DNA of 63,256 bases, counting the filler, from Candidatus Omnitrophota bacterium (GTDB taxonomy: Bacteria; Omnitrophota; Gorgyraeia; Zapsychrales; Zapsychraceae): NCBI GenBank assembly GCA_015233495.1. It is 4 parts of 4 records of this genome, joined end to end, with 100 filler letters (N's around TTAATTAATTAA, not from the genome) between each part and the next. Parts side by side here need not be neighbours in the genome. Positions count along the whole stretch, not along the records: positions 1 to 29,819 come from JADFXQ010000020.1; 3 more parts are not named here. One strand, given 5' to 3'. The notes beneath the pieces are model-generated. The model was not told the DNA's origin. It searched no databases and was given only the letters and a program-made list of their open reading frames with translations. Position numbers and translations under genes: made by a program. This document shows, one piece after another, positions 1-9,930 of the stretch (position 1 is the stretch's first letter; each line of letters opens with the position of its first letter).

Positions 1-390
1 CTTTTAGAAACCATGATCCAAGAGCGGATGCACATTGTTTTGGTGATGTCTACGCGGGGCATCGTTACCGGGTTGGTGACGCTGGAAGACATTATGGAGG
101 AATTGGTTGGAGAAATTGAAGATGAATTCGACCGGTTACCGACGCACACTCACGCTTTGGGAACCGCCTGGATCATGGGCGGCGGAGTTCTCATGGCTGC
201 GGTATTTTCGTTGTTAGGATTGCCGAACGCAAAATCAGATCAGGGAGCTCCGTTAACCCTCGGGGAATGGTGTATTCTTCATGCGGATGAAGTGAAAGGC
301 GGCGAGGTTATAGAAGCGGACGGGATCAAAGTGATTCCCCGTAAATTTCGGCGTAAAAGAATATTGGAAGCCACGGTTGCGAAATCATGA
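1..390 (+). CDS. Hemolysin/CNNM (CorC/TlyC)-family protein, C-terminal CBS + transporter-associated domain (5' partial)
   Basis: GLVTLEDIMEELVGEIEDEFD motif followed by a CorC_HlyC-like tail; frame is open to the window start. Confidence 0.85.
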   Translation, partial: LLETMIQERMHIVLVMSTRGIVTGLVTLEDIMEELVGEIEDEFDRLPTHTHALGTAWIMGGGVLMAAVFSLLGLPNAKSDQGAPLTLGEWCILHADEVKGGEVIEADGIKVIPRKFRRKRILEATVAKS

Positions 391-1046
391 CCGATGATCG
401 GGTACAAAAAAATAATTTCTTAGTTCAAGATTGGGGTTTGTTAGATTACGATCTGGCGTATCAGCGGCAAAAAGCGATTGTCGAAACTGCCCAGGCTTCG
501 TATACGGATTATCTTATCTTTTGTGAACATCCTGCGGTTTTGACCATGGGGCGGTTGGCAGCCCAGCGCAATATTCTCGCCCCGGAAGCTATTTTAGATA
601 AAAAAAGGGTTCAAACTCGGATGATTGACCGCGGTGGAGACGTAACCCTGCATTGCCCCGGTCAATTGGTTGTTTATCCCATCTTACGGCTTACCGCAGG
701 GCAAAGGGATTTACGCGTCTATCTCGAAAAATTAGAGAAGGTTGCCATTGATTTATTAAGCGATTTTGATATAGTGTCCAATAGCGTTTCCGGGAAAACC
801 GGGGTATGGGTTGGGCCGAAAAAAATCGTGTCGATCGGGATCGGAGTTCGGCGTTGGGTTACGTTTCATGGTCTGGCGCTGAATGTGAATAATGATTTAT
901 CGTTGTTTGAATTGATCCGGCCTTGCGGGATGGATTTGGTCATGACTTCCATGCGCGAGGTTCTCGGCACGGCAGTGGAAATGGCCGCGGTCCGGCATAA
1001 ATTTAGCGCGCATTTTCAAAAGGTCTTTGGATATGGTCCAGGTTAG
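387..1046 (+). CDS. lipB: Lipoyl(octanoyl) transferase
   Basis: CEHPAVLTMG, RGGDVTLHCPGQLVVYPI, KIVSIGI, TFHGLALN and IRPCG motifs; ATGA overlap with upstream gene. Confidence 0.95.
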   Translation: MTDDRVQKNNFLVQDWGLLDYDLAYQRQKAIVETAQASYTDYLIFCEHPAVLTMGRLAAQRNILAPEAILDKKRVQTRMIDRGGDVTLHCPGQLVVYPILRLTAGQRDLRVYLEKLEKVAIDLLSDFDIVSNSVSGKTGVWVGPKKIVSIGIGVRRWVTFHGLALNVNNDLSLFELIRPCGMDLVMTSMREVLGTAVEMAAVRHKFSAHFQKVFGYGPG

Positions 1047-1272
1047 AATTCCGGAATTAGGCGAATCGATCGATAAAGCTTTGGTGGCGGGATGGCATCA
1101 CGGATTGGGAGACGCAGTGCGTCAGGACGAGGATTTATTGGAGGTGGTGACTGATAAGGCGGTTTTTAACGTTCCCTCGCCGGTATCCGGAAGGCTAAAA
1201 GCAATTCAAGCTCCCAAGGGACAGGAAGTTTTGATCGGGGAAGTTGTCGCGTTAATGGAAGAGGATGGATGA
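1033..1272 (+). CDS. Stand-alone lipoyl-domain protein (E2-type lipoyl carrier)
   Basis: IPELGESI...EVVTDKA...PSPVSGRL lipoyl-domain pattern; 79 aa from ATG 1033. Confidence 0.85.
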   Translation: MVQVRIPELGESIDKALVAGWHHGLGDAVRQDEDLLEVVTDKAVFNVPSPVSGRLKAIQAPKGQEVLIGEVVALMEEDG

Positions 1273-1336
1273 TCGCTAATGGTTGGCGCAGCGCCGGGAA
1301 CGGCAAGAAAACCGCAGGCGGAGAGTTGAAACTCAG

Positions 1337-2485
1337 ATGACTGAAAAGACGCGTAAACGTATTTTATTGATGTATATCACCAAAGTTTCCGGCCATCGGC
1401 AGGCCACTTTGGCGATTCAGAAGGCTTTGCGCGAATGTGATCCGAATGTAGAGGCCCCGGCGGTAAACGGCTTTGGTTATACTTATCCGGTGCTCGAACG
1501 GGTTATCAATCAGGCGTATATGAGCGTGATCAAACGCACGCCGAAAGTGTGGGATTATCTTTACGATAACCCGAAAGTTGTCAAGAATACCCAATCCATA
1601 AAAAATTTTCTGCATAAAACCAGTCATAAAAAAGTCTCGCGTCTTTTGACCCGGCATCATCCCGATGCCATCGTCTGCACTCAAGCCTTTCCTTGCGGCA
1701 TGATCGCGGATTATAAAAGATCGCATCAGCTCAACACGCTTTTGGTCGCGGTATTGACTGATATGGAGCCGCATTCGTTTTGGATCAATGAAGGCGTGGA
1801 TTATTATGTTGTGCCTTCGTTAGACGCAAAAGAGCGGTTGATCGCCAAAGGAGTTGTGCCTGACCGCATCAAGATTTATGGCATTCCGATCCGAACGCAG
1901 TTCTGCGCGCAATTGGATAAAAAGCCCATCCAGGAACGTCTCGGCCTTGACGGTAATTTACCGACCGTGTTGGTTATGGGCGGCGGTCAGGGATTAGGTC
2001 CGATCAAAGGGATCGTCAAATCCTTGGTAAAGGTGGCCATGAATTTTCAGATCATTGTTTTAGCTGGGAAGAATCCAAAGGTCTTGAAAAGTTTAAAAAG
2101 TGTGGTAAAAAAATCCGACAAAAAGATTTTGGTGTTTGAATATATTAAAAATGTCGACGAGATTATGGAAATCTCAACCCTGATCATCACGAAGCCCGGC
2201 GGGATCACCACAGCGGAATGTTTGACGAAAGGTTTGCCCATGGTGATTGTTAACCCGATCCCGGGACAGGAATCCCGCAACGCGGATTTTTTGATCAAAC
2301 ACGGGATAGGGATTCGGATTGATGATACGCGGGACATTGGCGAAGAAGTGGAATTGTTATTGCGTTCGCCGGAACGTTTGGAAGCCATGCGCCGGGCCGC
2401 TTTTGAAAAGGCTAAACCGCACGCGTCTTTGGATGTGGCCCGGATGATTTTAGACCAAATTGACGCAGCTGCCGCACATGTTTAA
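1337..2485 (+). CDS. Diacylglycerol glycosyltransferase (UgtP/MGDG synthase family, GT28)
   Basis: SGHRQA, VLTD..PHSFW, VMGGGQGLG, ITKPGGITTAE, PIPGQESRNA motifs; start ATG 1337 chosen over TTG 1283. Confidence 0.88.
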   Translation: MTEKTRKRILLMYITKVSGHRQATLAIQKALRECDPNVEAPAVNGFGYTYPVLERVINQAYMSVIKRTPKVWDYLYDNPKVVKNTQSIKNFLHKTSHKKVSRLLTRHHPDAIVCTQAFPCGMIADYKRSHQLNTLLVAVLTDMEPHSFWINEGVDYYVVPSLDAKERLIAKGVVPDRIKIYGIPIRTQFCAQLDKKPIQERLGLDGNLPTVLVMGGGQGLGPIKGIVKSLVKVAMNFQIIVLAGKNPKVLKSLKSVVKKSDKKILVFEYIKNVDEIMEISTLIITKPGGITTAECLTKGLPMVIVNPIPGQESRNADFLIKHGIGIRIDDTRDIGEEVELLLRSPERLEAMRRAAFEKAKPHASLDVARMILDQIDAAAAHV

Positions 2486-3338
2486 ATATTTTTTATATCG
2501 TTTGGGTTTGTTTTTGTTGGATGTGCTTCCTTTAAGTTGGTGCTATGGGATCACGCGGATGATTTCCGATGCCCATTATGCGCTTTCGCGGCAAGACCGG
2601 GAAGCCGTGCGCCGCAATTTAGAAAAAGTTTTGGGGCCGGGTCAGGTCAGCCCGGCGCAGATTCGCGAGGTTTTTCGGAATTTTGGCAAATATTTGATTG
2701 AGTTTTTTCGTATGCACAAAATGGTTGACCGCAGTTTTGCGGCCGAACGCGTGCGGGTAGAAAACCGTTTTTATTTAGACGAAGTTTTGAAACAGGGGCG
2801 CGGCGCGATTGTGGTGACCGCGCATCTGGGAAATTGGGAAATGGGGGCCGCGGTTTTGGGGGCGCTCGGGTATTCGGTTATGGCAGTCGCCTTGCCGCAC
2901 AAAGAAAAAAAGATCAATGATCTTTTTAATCTTCAGCGGGCATTGCAAGGCGTGGAGATTGTCCCGCCTAACACCGCTTTACGGCGCTGTTTGGGGCACT
3001 TGAAAAAGAATCAAGTCGTGGCTTTGGTCGCGGACCGGGATTTTGCCTTAACGGGAAGTCCCTTGGAATTTTTTGGAGAAAAAGCGATTTTTCCAAAGGG
3101 GCCGGCCGCTTTCGCGCAAAAAACCGGAGCGGCCGTTATTCCCGCTTTTTTAATCCGGGCGGAAGATCAGGGTTTTCTTTTGCAGTTAGAGCCGCCGCTT
3201 TGGCCTGCGGAGCGACCCGCAGCAACAGCGGCGGATGCCATTCTGAATTTGATGCGGGGGTATGTCGCGGTTTTGGCCGCCTATATCCGGCGCTATCCCA
3301 CGCAATGGATGATGTTTCGGGAGTTTTGGGTATCATGA
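2478..3338 (+). CDS. Lysophospholipid/lipid A-type acyltransferase (LpxL/PatA-like)
   Basis: TAHLGNWE, LVADRD, FPKGPA, YPTQWMMF motifs. Confidence 0.85.
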   Translation: MFKYFLYRLGLFLLDVLPLSWCYGITRMISDAHYALSRQDREAVRRNLEKVLGPGQVSPAQIREVFRNFGKYLIEFFRMHKMVDRSFAAERVRVENRFYLDEVLKQGRGAIVVTAHLGNWEMGAAVLGALGYSVMAVALPHKEKKINDLFNLQRALQGVEIVPPNTALRRCLGHLKKNQVVALVADRDFALTGSPLEFFGEKAIFPKGPAAFAQKTGAAVIPAFLIRAEDQGFLLQLEPPLWPAERPAATAADAILNLMRGYVAVLAAYIRRYPTQWMMFREFWVS

Positions 3339-4030
3339 AAATCGGCGTTCTCATCCCCGCGCATAATGAAGCAGAGCATATTGGCTCACTCCTCAAAGCA
3401 GTACGGGATTTGGGGATGGATATCCTGGTTATCGATGATGGATCGACGGATCATACCTCGGCTGTGGCTTTGCAAAACGGAGCTAAGCTGATTCGTAATG
3501 AGCAAAAACGCGGCAAGGGATATTCCCTGCGCCGCGGCTTCGCCCAAATGCTCAGCGAAGGATACGACGGGATTGTGACCATGGACGGGGATGGTCAGCA
3601 TGACCCGGCGGATTTGCAGAAGTTTATCGACGCGGCCCGGGAACATCCGACCAGCGTGATAATCGGCAATCGCATGGGACGGGCCCGGGGTATGCCGCTC
3701 ATCCGGTATTTAACTAACCGGATCATGTCGTCTCTGATCTCTTTGTTCTGCCGGATCAATATTCCGGACACCCAATGCGGTTACCGCTATATTCCATCCG
3801 CTGTGCTGCGAGCGATCCATTTAACCAGCGGGGATTTTGAAATTGAAACGGAAATTTTGATGCGGGCCGCGAAACAGGGGTTTGCGATTTTTTCCGTTCC
3901 GGTGAAAACGATATACCGCGATGAAGAAAGTAAAATCCATCCCGGGAAAGACACACTGCGTTTTTTGATTTATTTCATTCGGGAAGTGTCCCATCGCGAA
4001 AAATTTTCAAACCGCGGGAAACATGACTGA
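3335..4030 (+). CDS. Glycosyltransferase family 2 (polyprenol-phosphate glycosyltransferase-like)
   Basis: LIPAHNE, VIDDGSTD, MDGDGQH, DTQCGYR motifs; ATGA overlap at 3335-3338. Confidence 0.9.
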   Translation: MKIGVLIPAHNEAEHIGSLLKAVRDLGMDILVIDDGSTDHTSAVALQNGAKLIRNEQKRGKGYSLRRGFAQMLSEGYDGIVTMDGDGQHDPADLQKFIDAAREHPTSVIIGNRMGRARGMPLIRYLTNRIMSSLISLFCRINIPDTQCGYRYIPSAVLRAIHLTSGDFEIETEILMRAAKQGFAIFSVPVKTIYRDEESKIHPGKDTLRFLIYFIREVSHREKFSNRGKHD

Positions 4031-4715
4031 TCGACTGTTGAATCTCTCCCTATCCGTTTCGTTCGTCCTGCATCTTTTGCTTGTCGGCGGTCTTTGTTTT
4101 GTGAAAGGCCAAATCCCGAAGCTGAGGAATAAAGCGCAAATCGAGGTCGTGTATCACATGACCAAACCCTTGCCCAAGGAACCGCCGGTAAAAAAGGCAA
4201 TGGAAGTGTTCCGGGTACAACCGGCCCCGCGTCAATTGCCGAAAGACATTAAAATAATTTCCCGTGATTATGCCATGCGGCCGAAGCTCGATGGCCCGGT
4301 CAAGGATATGGCCAAAATCGGCGCGGCCATGCCTTGGAAAGACCAGATGGCGCTCAAAGGCCAAGGCACCAGGGAACGGAAAGTGGTCATTCCTTTTCTT
4401 AAGTCGGAAAAGATTTATAATCCGCATTATCAGGGGTACACGGAAGCCATACGCAACAATATCGGAATGCGGGCGAATCATTATGTTGATCACGTTGATT
4501 ATCAGGAAGGCGAAGTTTATTTGACTTTTCTGCTTGCAGCCGATGGTAAATTGTTGGCCGTAAAGATCATTGAGGAGAAAACGCGCGCCAATGCCTATTT
4601 GCGGGACGTGGCGGTGCGCAGTGTGAGGGAAGCGGCGCCGTTCGCCGCTTTCCCTAAAGATATGAATTATCCGGAATTATCGTTCAATCTGATCATTTCC
4701 TTTCGCGCTCCCTAA
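4023..4715 (+). CDS. TonB-family energy transducer (N-terminal TM, TonB C-terminal domain)
   Basis: SFVLH TM motif, Pro/Lys-rich linker, C-terminal GEVYLTF...LRDVAVRSVREAAPF. Confidence 0.75.
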   Translation: MTDRLLNLSLSVSFVLHLLLVGGLCFVKGQIPKLRNKAQIEVVYHMTKPLPKEPPVKKAMEVFRVQPAPRQLPKDIKIISRDYAMRPKLDGPVKDMAKIGAAMPWKDQMALKGQGTRERKVVIPFLKSEKIYNPHYQGYTEAIRNNIGMRANHYVDHVDYQEGEVYLTFLLAADGKLLAVKIIEEKTRANAYLRDVAVRSVREAAPFAAFPKDMNYPELSFNLIISFRAP

Positions 4716-4740
4716 GCGGGAAGAAAGAGGCTGTTTTTAA

Positions 4741-4769
4741 TTGTCCTGGATTTATAATTGTTCTATCAT
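4741..4769 (+). promoter_or_regulatory. Candidate sigma70 promoter
   Basis: TTGTCC-17 nt-TATCAT in the AT-rich gap upstream of the CBS gene. Confidence 0.4.
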
Positions 4770-4825
4770 ATAAAGATATGGATCGTGAACTAAAAATAAA
4801 CGGTTCTTAACCCTACTCACTTTTT

Positions 4826-5293
4826 ATGCTGGATCGTTCGCTTATCCCATTTGTGCGTCGGTATTTAGAAAGTATTCGCCTCGGCGATGTCATGGCTTAT
4901 CCGGTGCGGGTGATTGACGCTTACGCGCCGTTCAGTCAGGTGGAGGAGATGATGCGGATTTATGCTAGCCGTCATCTGCCGGTCGTCTCTGGCGACGGCC
5001 GGTTAATCGGGTTGATCACTCAACGCGATCTTTACCGGGTGGCTCCGCCGAAAATCAATGATGAAGGCGCGCGTTTTTATATCAAAGAAGATTTGGATGA
5101 ATATATTCTCCGGCATGTGATGACGAAGAATCCCTTTGCCCTGAGGCCGGAAGATTCTTTGGCTGACGGGCTGACGGCTATGGTAAAGCACCGTTATGGG
5201 TGTGTGCCTATCGTGGATAGCGCTTATCATTTGGCGGGGATCATTACCCAATCGGACATTGTCCGCCGCGCCGCCGCGATTGTCCGGGGGTAG
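4826..5293 (+). CDS. CBS-pair protein (AcuB-like)
   Basis: Two CBS repeats (RHLPVV..LIGLITQRD; GCVPIV..LAGIITQSD). Confidence 0.88.
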   Translation: MLDRSLIPFVRRYLESIRLGDVMAYPVRVIDAYAPFSQVEEMMRIYASRHLPVVSGDGRLIGLITQRDLYRVAPPKINDEGARFYIKEDLDEYILRHVMTKNPFALRPEDSLADGLTAMVKHRYGCVPIVDSAYHLAGIITQSDIVRRAAAIVRG

Positions 5294-5323
5294 GGCGAAC
5301 CGGAGCCTATTAAAGGAGAGGAT

Positions 5324-5767
5324 ATGTCAGAAGATCATTTGATCGATGAGTCTTGGAAAGAAAAAGCCGGGAAGGAGAAGGAAAGCGGGCTGGTGGATAG
5401 TTCGGGTCAACCGTTACAATCTCCGTCGGAAACATCGGCCGCGGCCCCCGAGCATGGCCATGTTCATGACGGCCATTGCGGGTGCGGCGCGGAGGGTGAA
5501 CCTGCCGCGATGGAAGTCAATTTTTTAAATTATCTGATGAGCTTGGGGTTTCAGGCCATGGTTTTCCTCGGAGATATTCCCAATCCGGCTACGAATGCCG
5601 TAGAGAAACATTTCCAGCAGGCCAAATTTCTAATCGATACCTTGACGATGCTGCGGGATAAAACCAAGGGGAATTTATCGGCGCAGGAAGACAATATCCT
5701 CAACGCGTCGATCTATGAATTGCAGATGCGTTATGTCGAGGTTGTGGCAAAAAAGGATCAGCCGTGA
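5324..5767 (+). CDS. DUF1844 domain protein
   Basis: [33 protein letters not shown] pattern; AAGGAG RBS. Confidence 0.8.
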   Translation: MSEDHLIDESWKEKAGKEKESGLVDSSGQPLQSPSETSAAAPEHGHVHDGHCGCGAEGEPAAMEVNFLNYLMSLGFQAMVFLGDIPNPATNAVEKHFQQAKFLIDTLTMLRDKTKGNLSAQEDNILNASIYELQMRYVEVVAKKDQP

Positions 5768-5916
5768 TGGATCCCGATTTGATGGCTTTGTTGGTCTGTC
5801 CGGCGTGTCGTGGGCCGGTGCAAGAGCAAGACAGCGTGATTGTTTGTCAAAGTTGCGGCAAGCAATATCCGGTACGCGAGGGGATTCCGGTGATGCTGGT
5901 CGAGGAAGCCAGTTAA
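5767..5916 (+). CDS. Trm112/YcaR (UPF0434)-family small zinc-ribbon protein, 49 aa
   Basis: Manual translation [49 protein letters not shown]; below the ORF-track length cut-off; TGATG coupling with upstream stop. Confidence 0.9.
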   Translation: MDPDLMALLVCPACRGPVQEQDSVIVCQSCGKQYPVREGIPVMLVEEAS

Positions 5917-5933
5917 CTAAAAAGGAGATCCTG

Positions 5934-6374
5934 GTGAATAAAAAAATATTAGTTATTCATGGGCCGAATCTCAATCTGCTCGGCCAGCGGGAAACGGATA
6001 TTTATGGGGCTGCCACGTTGGCGGAGATCAACCGCCGTTTGGAAACCGCGGCGCGGTCATTCGGTTTAGATATTGTGATCTGGCAATCCAATCATGAAGG
6101 CGAGATTGTCGACAAAATCGGCAAATCCGCGCCAGAAGGTTTTGCCGGGATTTTGATCAATCCGGCGGCGTACACGCATACCAGTGTGGCGATTCGCGAT
6201 GCCGTGGCCGCGGTCAAGTTGCCGGTCGTCGAGGTTCATTTATCCAACATTCACGCCCGGGAAGAATTCCGCCACAAGTCTTTGATCGCGCCGGTATGCG
6301 TCGGACAAATCAGCGGGTTTTGGGGGGGTAGTTATCTGCTGGGACTTCAGGCGCTCAAGGATTTACTAATTTAA
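5934..6374 (+). CDS. aroQ: Type II 3-dehydroquinate dehydratase
   Basis: [47 protein letters not shown] start after AAGGAG. Confidence 0.96.
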   Translation: MNKKILVIHGPNLNLLGQRETDIYGAATLAEINRRLETAARSFGLDIVIWQSNHEGEIVDKIGKSAPEGFAGILINPAAYTHTSVAIRDAVAAVKLPVVEVHLSNIHAREEFRHKSLIAPVCVGQISGFWGGSYLLGLQALKDLLI

Positions 6375-6423
6375 TGTTGGGGCGCCATCATCGGCATTTT
6401 TCCCAAGTGCCGGGTGGAGGGGT

Positions 6424-7497
6424 ATGACGAAAGATCAAACATACTGTTTACGGACTCGGCATATCCAACAGCGTCTATCCGCGCTTAAAATCGACGCTTA
6501 TCTCATTGCTCATTCCGTCAATATCAATTATTTAACCGGCTTTCACGGCGAAGACGCCTGGCTGTTAGTCATGGCTCACCGCGCGTTTTATTTGACTGAT
6601 GGCCGGTTTACGGAGGCTGCCCGGCGTTATTTGCCCAAATCAATTCAGGTTGTGGATATTGATCAATCTTATTATAAGACGATTGCCAAGCTATTGAAGG
6701 CGAAAAAGGTCAAACGCTGCGGGTTTAATGAAAAACACCTGAATGTGTTTGAATTTAAAACATTGCAGCAACACCGGCCGGCCGGAGTCCGTCTTGAGGC
6801 GGTCCTGGATGAAGTGGAAGTCATGCGCCTGATCAAAGATGAGGGCGAAATCCGCTTGATCCGGCAGGCTTTAGCGATCCATCAGGCATTGTTAAACAAC
6901 GCGAGAAAATGGATTGTTCCGGGGCAATCGGAAGCGGATTTGGCCTGGAAAATGGAGTGTTTTTTACGGAAAAAAGGGGTAGGATGGTCGTTTCCGCCGA
7001 TTGTCGCTTCCGGGCCGAATTCTTCTTATCCGCATGCTCAGGTGACTTGGCGAAAATGCCGGAAAAATGACGTTGTTCTCGTCGATACTGGCGTAGAGGT
7101 AAATGGCTATAAGTCCGACTTGACACGTATATTCTTTTTAGGTAAAATACGCCAACTTATTCAGGATGTTTATGCTGCGGTTGACGCGGCCCGGCGGGAA
7201 ACTATCCGACGGATCGGGCCGGGTATGACGTGCTATGCGGCTGATCAGATCGCGCGAAACTCCCTCAAAAAGAATAAGTTAGAGAAATATTTTACGCATT
7301 CTACCGGACATGGTGTTGGTCTGGAAATCCATGAAGCGCCCCGGCTGGGACGGCAAATCAACAAGATTTTAGAACCGGGAATGGTGGTGACAGTTGAACC
7401 AGGGGTTTATTTCCCCGGGAAATTTGGGATTAGAATTGAGGATATGGTTCTCATAACCAAGAAAGGATGTGAGTGCTTAAGTGACAATCGGAATTAA
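6424..7497 (+). CDS. Xaa-Pro aminopeptidase (M24B)
   Basis: Creatinase_N domain plus SDLTR, HSTGHGVGLEIHEAP, VEPGVY and RIEDMV motifs. Confidence 0.93.
   Translation: MTKDQTYCLRTRHIQQRLSALKIDAYLIAHSVNINYLTGFHGEDAWLLVMAHRAFYLTDGRFTEAARRYLPKSIQVVDIDQSYYKTIAKLLKAKKVKRCGFNEKHLNVFEFKTLQQHRPAGVRLEAVLDEVEVMRLIKDEGEIRLIRQALAIHQALLNNARKWIVPGQSEADLAWKMECFLRKKGVGWSFPPIVASGPNSSYPHAQVTWRKCRKNDVVLVDTGVEVNGYKSDLTRIFFLGKIRQLIQDVYAAVDAARRETIRRIGPGMTCYAADQIARNSLKKNKLEKYFTHSTGHGVGLEIHEAPRLGRQINKILEPGMVVTVEPGVYFPGKFGIRIEDMVLITKKGCECLSDNRN
7120..7148 (+). promoter_or_regulatory. Candidate internal sigma70 promoter upstream of efp
   Basis: TTGACA-17 nt-TAAAAT inside the peptidase CDS. Confidence 0.55.
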
Positions 7498-8044
7498 TGA
7501 TTTGGACTATGGGATGGGATTGCTTATTGACGGGGTGGTGTACATGGTTACGGAATATCAACATGTCAAACCCGGAAAAGGCAGCGCTTTTGTGCGTTGC
7601 AAGATGCGCAATGTCAAGACGAACCAAGTTTTGGAACGCACGTTCCGCAGTTCGGAAAAATTGGATGATGTGACCCTGGAAGAACGGCGGATGCAAAATC
7701 TGTATTCTTCTACGGACGGGCAGCATTTTATGGATATGACGACCTATGAAGAAGTGGTGGTTCCGGAGACGGCGATTGAGGGAGCGCGGTTTTTGCAGGA
7801 TAATTTGGAAGTGGTCGGCCTTTTTTATAACGGCGCGGTCGTGAAGGTCAGTGTGCCGAATTTTATCATTGCGATGGTGACGCAATCCGATCCGGGGTTA
7901 AAAGGCGATTCCAGCAAATCCGGCGGTAAACCAGCGACGATTGACACTGGAGCTACCATTCAAGTCCCGTTATTCATCAATGCCGGTGAAGTGATCAAGG
8001 TTGACACCCGAACCGGGACCTATGTCGAAAGGGCGAAAAAATGA
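7481..8044 (+). CDS. efp: Elongation factor P
   Basis: HVKPGKGSAFVR loop; PGLKGD; QVPLFI..GEVIKVDTRTGTYVER. Confidence 0.97.
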   Translation: MTIGINDLDYGMGLLIDGVVYMVTEYQHVKPGKGSAFVRCKMRNVKTNQVLERTFRSSEKLDDVTLEERRMQNLYSSTDGQHFMDMTTYEEVVVPETAIEGARFLQDNLEVVGLFYNGAVVKVSVPNFIIAMVTQSDPGLKGDSSKSGGKPATIDTGATIQVPLFINAGEVIKVDTRTGTYVERAKK

Positions 8045-8496
8045 ACGTAAAAGACATTAAAGATATCGTCAATCTGATGAACGACAGTGATTTGGCGGAA
8101 ATCGAAATTGAACGGGATGGCGAGAAGCTGAAAATTAAAAAAACTTCGGCAGCCGCGCCAGCGGCCGTTAGTGTTCAACCGCAAGTTGTGCCTCTGGTTC
8201 AACCGTCAACGGGGGCGGCTGCCGCGCCAGCGGCTACCGCGGCGGCCCCGGCGAATCAGAAAACCATCAATTCTCCCATGGTCGGAACTTTTTACCGGGC
8301 GCCTTCCCCGGACGCTGCCCCTTATGTTGAAGCGGGGCAAACGGTGGAAAAAGGCCAAGTCGTATGCATTGTCGAAGCCATGAAGCTAATGAATGAAATC
8401 AAGTCGGATACCCGGGGAAAAATTGTTGCCATCCCGGTTGAAAACGCGCAGGCCGTGGAATTTGGGCAGGCATTATTTGTCCTGGAACCGGCATAA
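8041..8496 (+). CDS. accB: Acetyl-CoA carboxylase biotin carboxyl carrier protein
   Basis: SPMVGTFYRAPSP and EAMKLMNEI biotinylation site; Ala/Pro linker. Confidence 0.97.
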   Translation: MNVKDIKDIVNLMNDSDLAEIEIERDGEKLKIKKTSAAAPAAVSVQPQVVPLVQPSTGAAAAPAATAAAPANQKTINSPMVGTFYRAPSPDAAPYVEAGQTVEKGQVVCIVEAMKLMNEIKSDTRGKIVAIPVENAQAVEFGQALFVLEPA

Positions 8497-8565
8497 ACCG
8501 AGCGCGCGGTCTGCCACTCTTATTAAGCTCCACCCAGCGAACTGCTGATTACCCATATAGCCTTT

Positions 8566-9930
8566 ATGTTTTCCAAAGTTCTGATTGCTAATCGTGGTGA
8601 GATTGCTTTGCGCGTTATCCGTGCCTGTCGCGAGATGGGCATTAAAACAGTGGCCGTTTATTCCGAAGCGGATCGTGATTCTCTGCATGTCGAATTTGCG
8701 GATGAATCAGTTTGCATCGGTCCGGCGAAAAGCCGGGACAGTTATTTGAATATCCCGGCCATCATTTCGGCCGCGGAAGTAACCGATGTGGAAGCCATTC
8801 ATCCGGGATACGGATTTCTCGCCGAGAATGCGCATTTCGCGGAGATTTGCGAATCTTGCAACATCGCGTTTATCGGACCGACTCCGCAAGCCATCCGCGT
8901 CATGGGGGATAAAATTATGGCGCGCGAGACAGTGAAAAAAAACGGGGTCCCATTGACTCCGGGAGGGGACGGAGTGATCCGTTCCAAAGAAGAGGCGCTG
9001 GCTTTGGCGCGCAAGATCAAATATCCCGTGATCATCAAGGCCGCGGCCGGCGGCGGGGGAAAAGGTATGCGGGTCTGTCATAATGATATTTCCCTGATCA
9101 GCTCGTTGATGATCGCCCAAAAAGAAGCGGAAGCGAATTTCGGCAATCCGGATGTTTATATTGAGAAATATATTCAAGAACCGCGGCACATTGAGTTTCA
9201 AATTGTGGCGGACCATTTTGGCAACGTGATCCATTTGGGGGAGCGCGATTGCAGCATTCAAAGACGACATCAAAAATTGTTGGAAGAATCGCCTTCGCCG
9301 GTCATGACTCCCCAATTGCGTCAGCAGATGGGAGAGATCGCGGTCAAGGCCGCTCAGGCCGTTGAATACCGCGGCGTCGGAACTATTGAATTTTTGCTCG
9401 ACGCCAGCGGGGAATTTTATTTTATGGAAATGAACACCCGTATTCAGGTTGAACATCCCGTCACGGAAATGGTGACGGGGATTGATCTGGTGAAAGAGCA
9501 GATAAAAATCGCGGCCGGCGAAAAATTGTCCCTGACCCAGCCGGAGGTTGTCTTACGCGGAGCGGCGATCGAGTGCCGTGTCAACGCTGAAGATCCGGAA
9601 CAGAATTTTATGCCTTGTCCGGGAGAGATCAAAGAATTGAATTTGCCGGGCGGGTTTGGCGTCCGGGTCGACACGCACATTTATCCGGGATACCGGATCA
9701 GTCCATATTATGATTCCATGGTCGCGAAATTGATCGCCTTCGGTCCTAACCGGGCAGTGGCCATTGCCACGATGCAGCGCGCTTTAAGCGAATTTTACGT
9801 CAACCCGATTAAAACCACGATCGGTTTGCATCAAAAGATTTTAAGCCACGCGGTTTTTCTTCAAGGCAAAGCTACAACGCATTTTATTGATAAATATATG
9901 AAGAACGGGCAGTCGGAGGAACCGCAATGA
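8566..9930 (+). CDS. accC: Acetyl-CoA carboxylase biotin carboxylase subunit
   Basis: [50 protein letters not shown]. Confidence 0.97.
   Translation: MFSKVLIANRGEIALRVIRACREMGIKTVAVYSEADRDSLHVEFADESVCIGPAKSRDSYLNIPAIISAAEVTDVEAIHPGYGFLAENAHFAEICESCNIAFIGPTPQAIRVMGDKIMARETVKKNGVPLTPGGDGVIRSKEEALALARKIKYPVIIKAAAGGGGKGMRVCHNDISLISSLMIAQKEAEANFGNPDVYIEKYIQEPRHIEFQIVADHFGNVIHLGERDCSIQRRHQKLLEESPSPVMTPQLRQQMGEIAVKAAQAVEYRGVGTIEFLLDASGEFYFMEMNTRIQVEHPVTEMVTGIDLVKEQIKIAAGEKLSLTQPEVVLRGAAIECRVNAEDPEQNFMPCPGEIKELNLPGGFGVRVDTHIYPGYRISPYYDSMVAKLIAFGPNRAVAIATMQRALSEFYVNPIKTTIGLHQKILSHAVFLQGKATTHFIDKYMKNGQSEEPQ

Noticed and set aside
3200..3334. N-terminal extensions of ORFs 3200, 13352, 20507, 38935, 40555 and 45559
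   Set aside because: They lie inside upstream genes; later ATGs fit homology and translational coupling
5715..5933. Long N-terminal extension of AroQ
   Set aside because: Overlaps the Trm112-like gene; the real start is GTG 5934 with an RBS
7481..8044. Unusual EF-P modification
   Set aside because: Ordinary PGKG loop; no modifying enzymes nearby
8707..9456. Long antisense ORFs (8707-9456, 12770-13429, 20377-20961, 23875-24489, 38442-39119, 57411-58058 and others)
   Set aside because: Shadow frames of well-supported genes with no recognisable motifs
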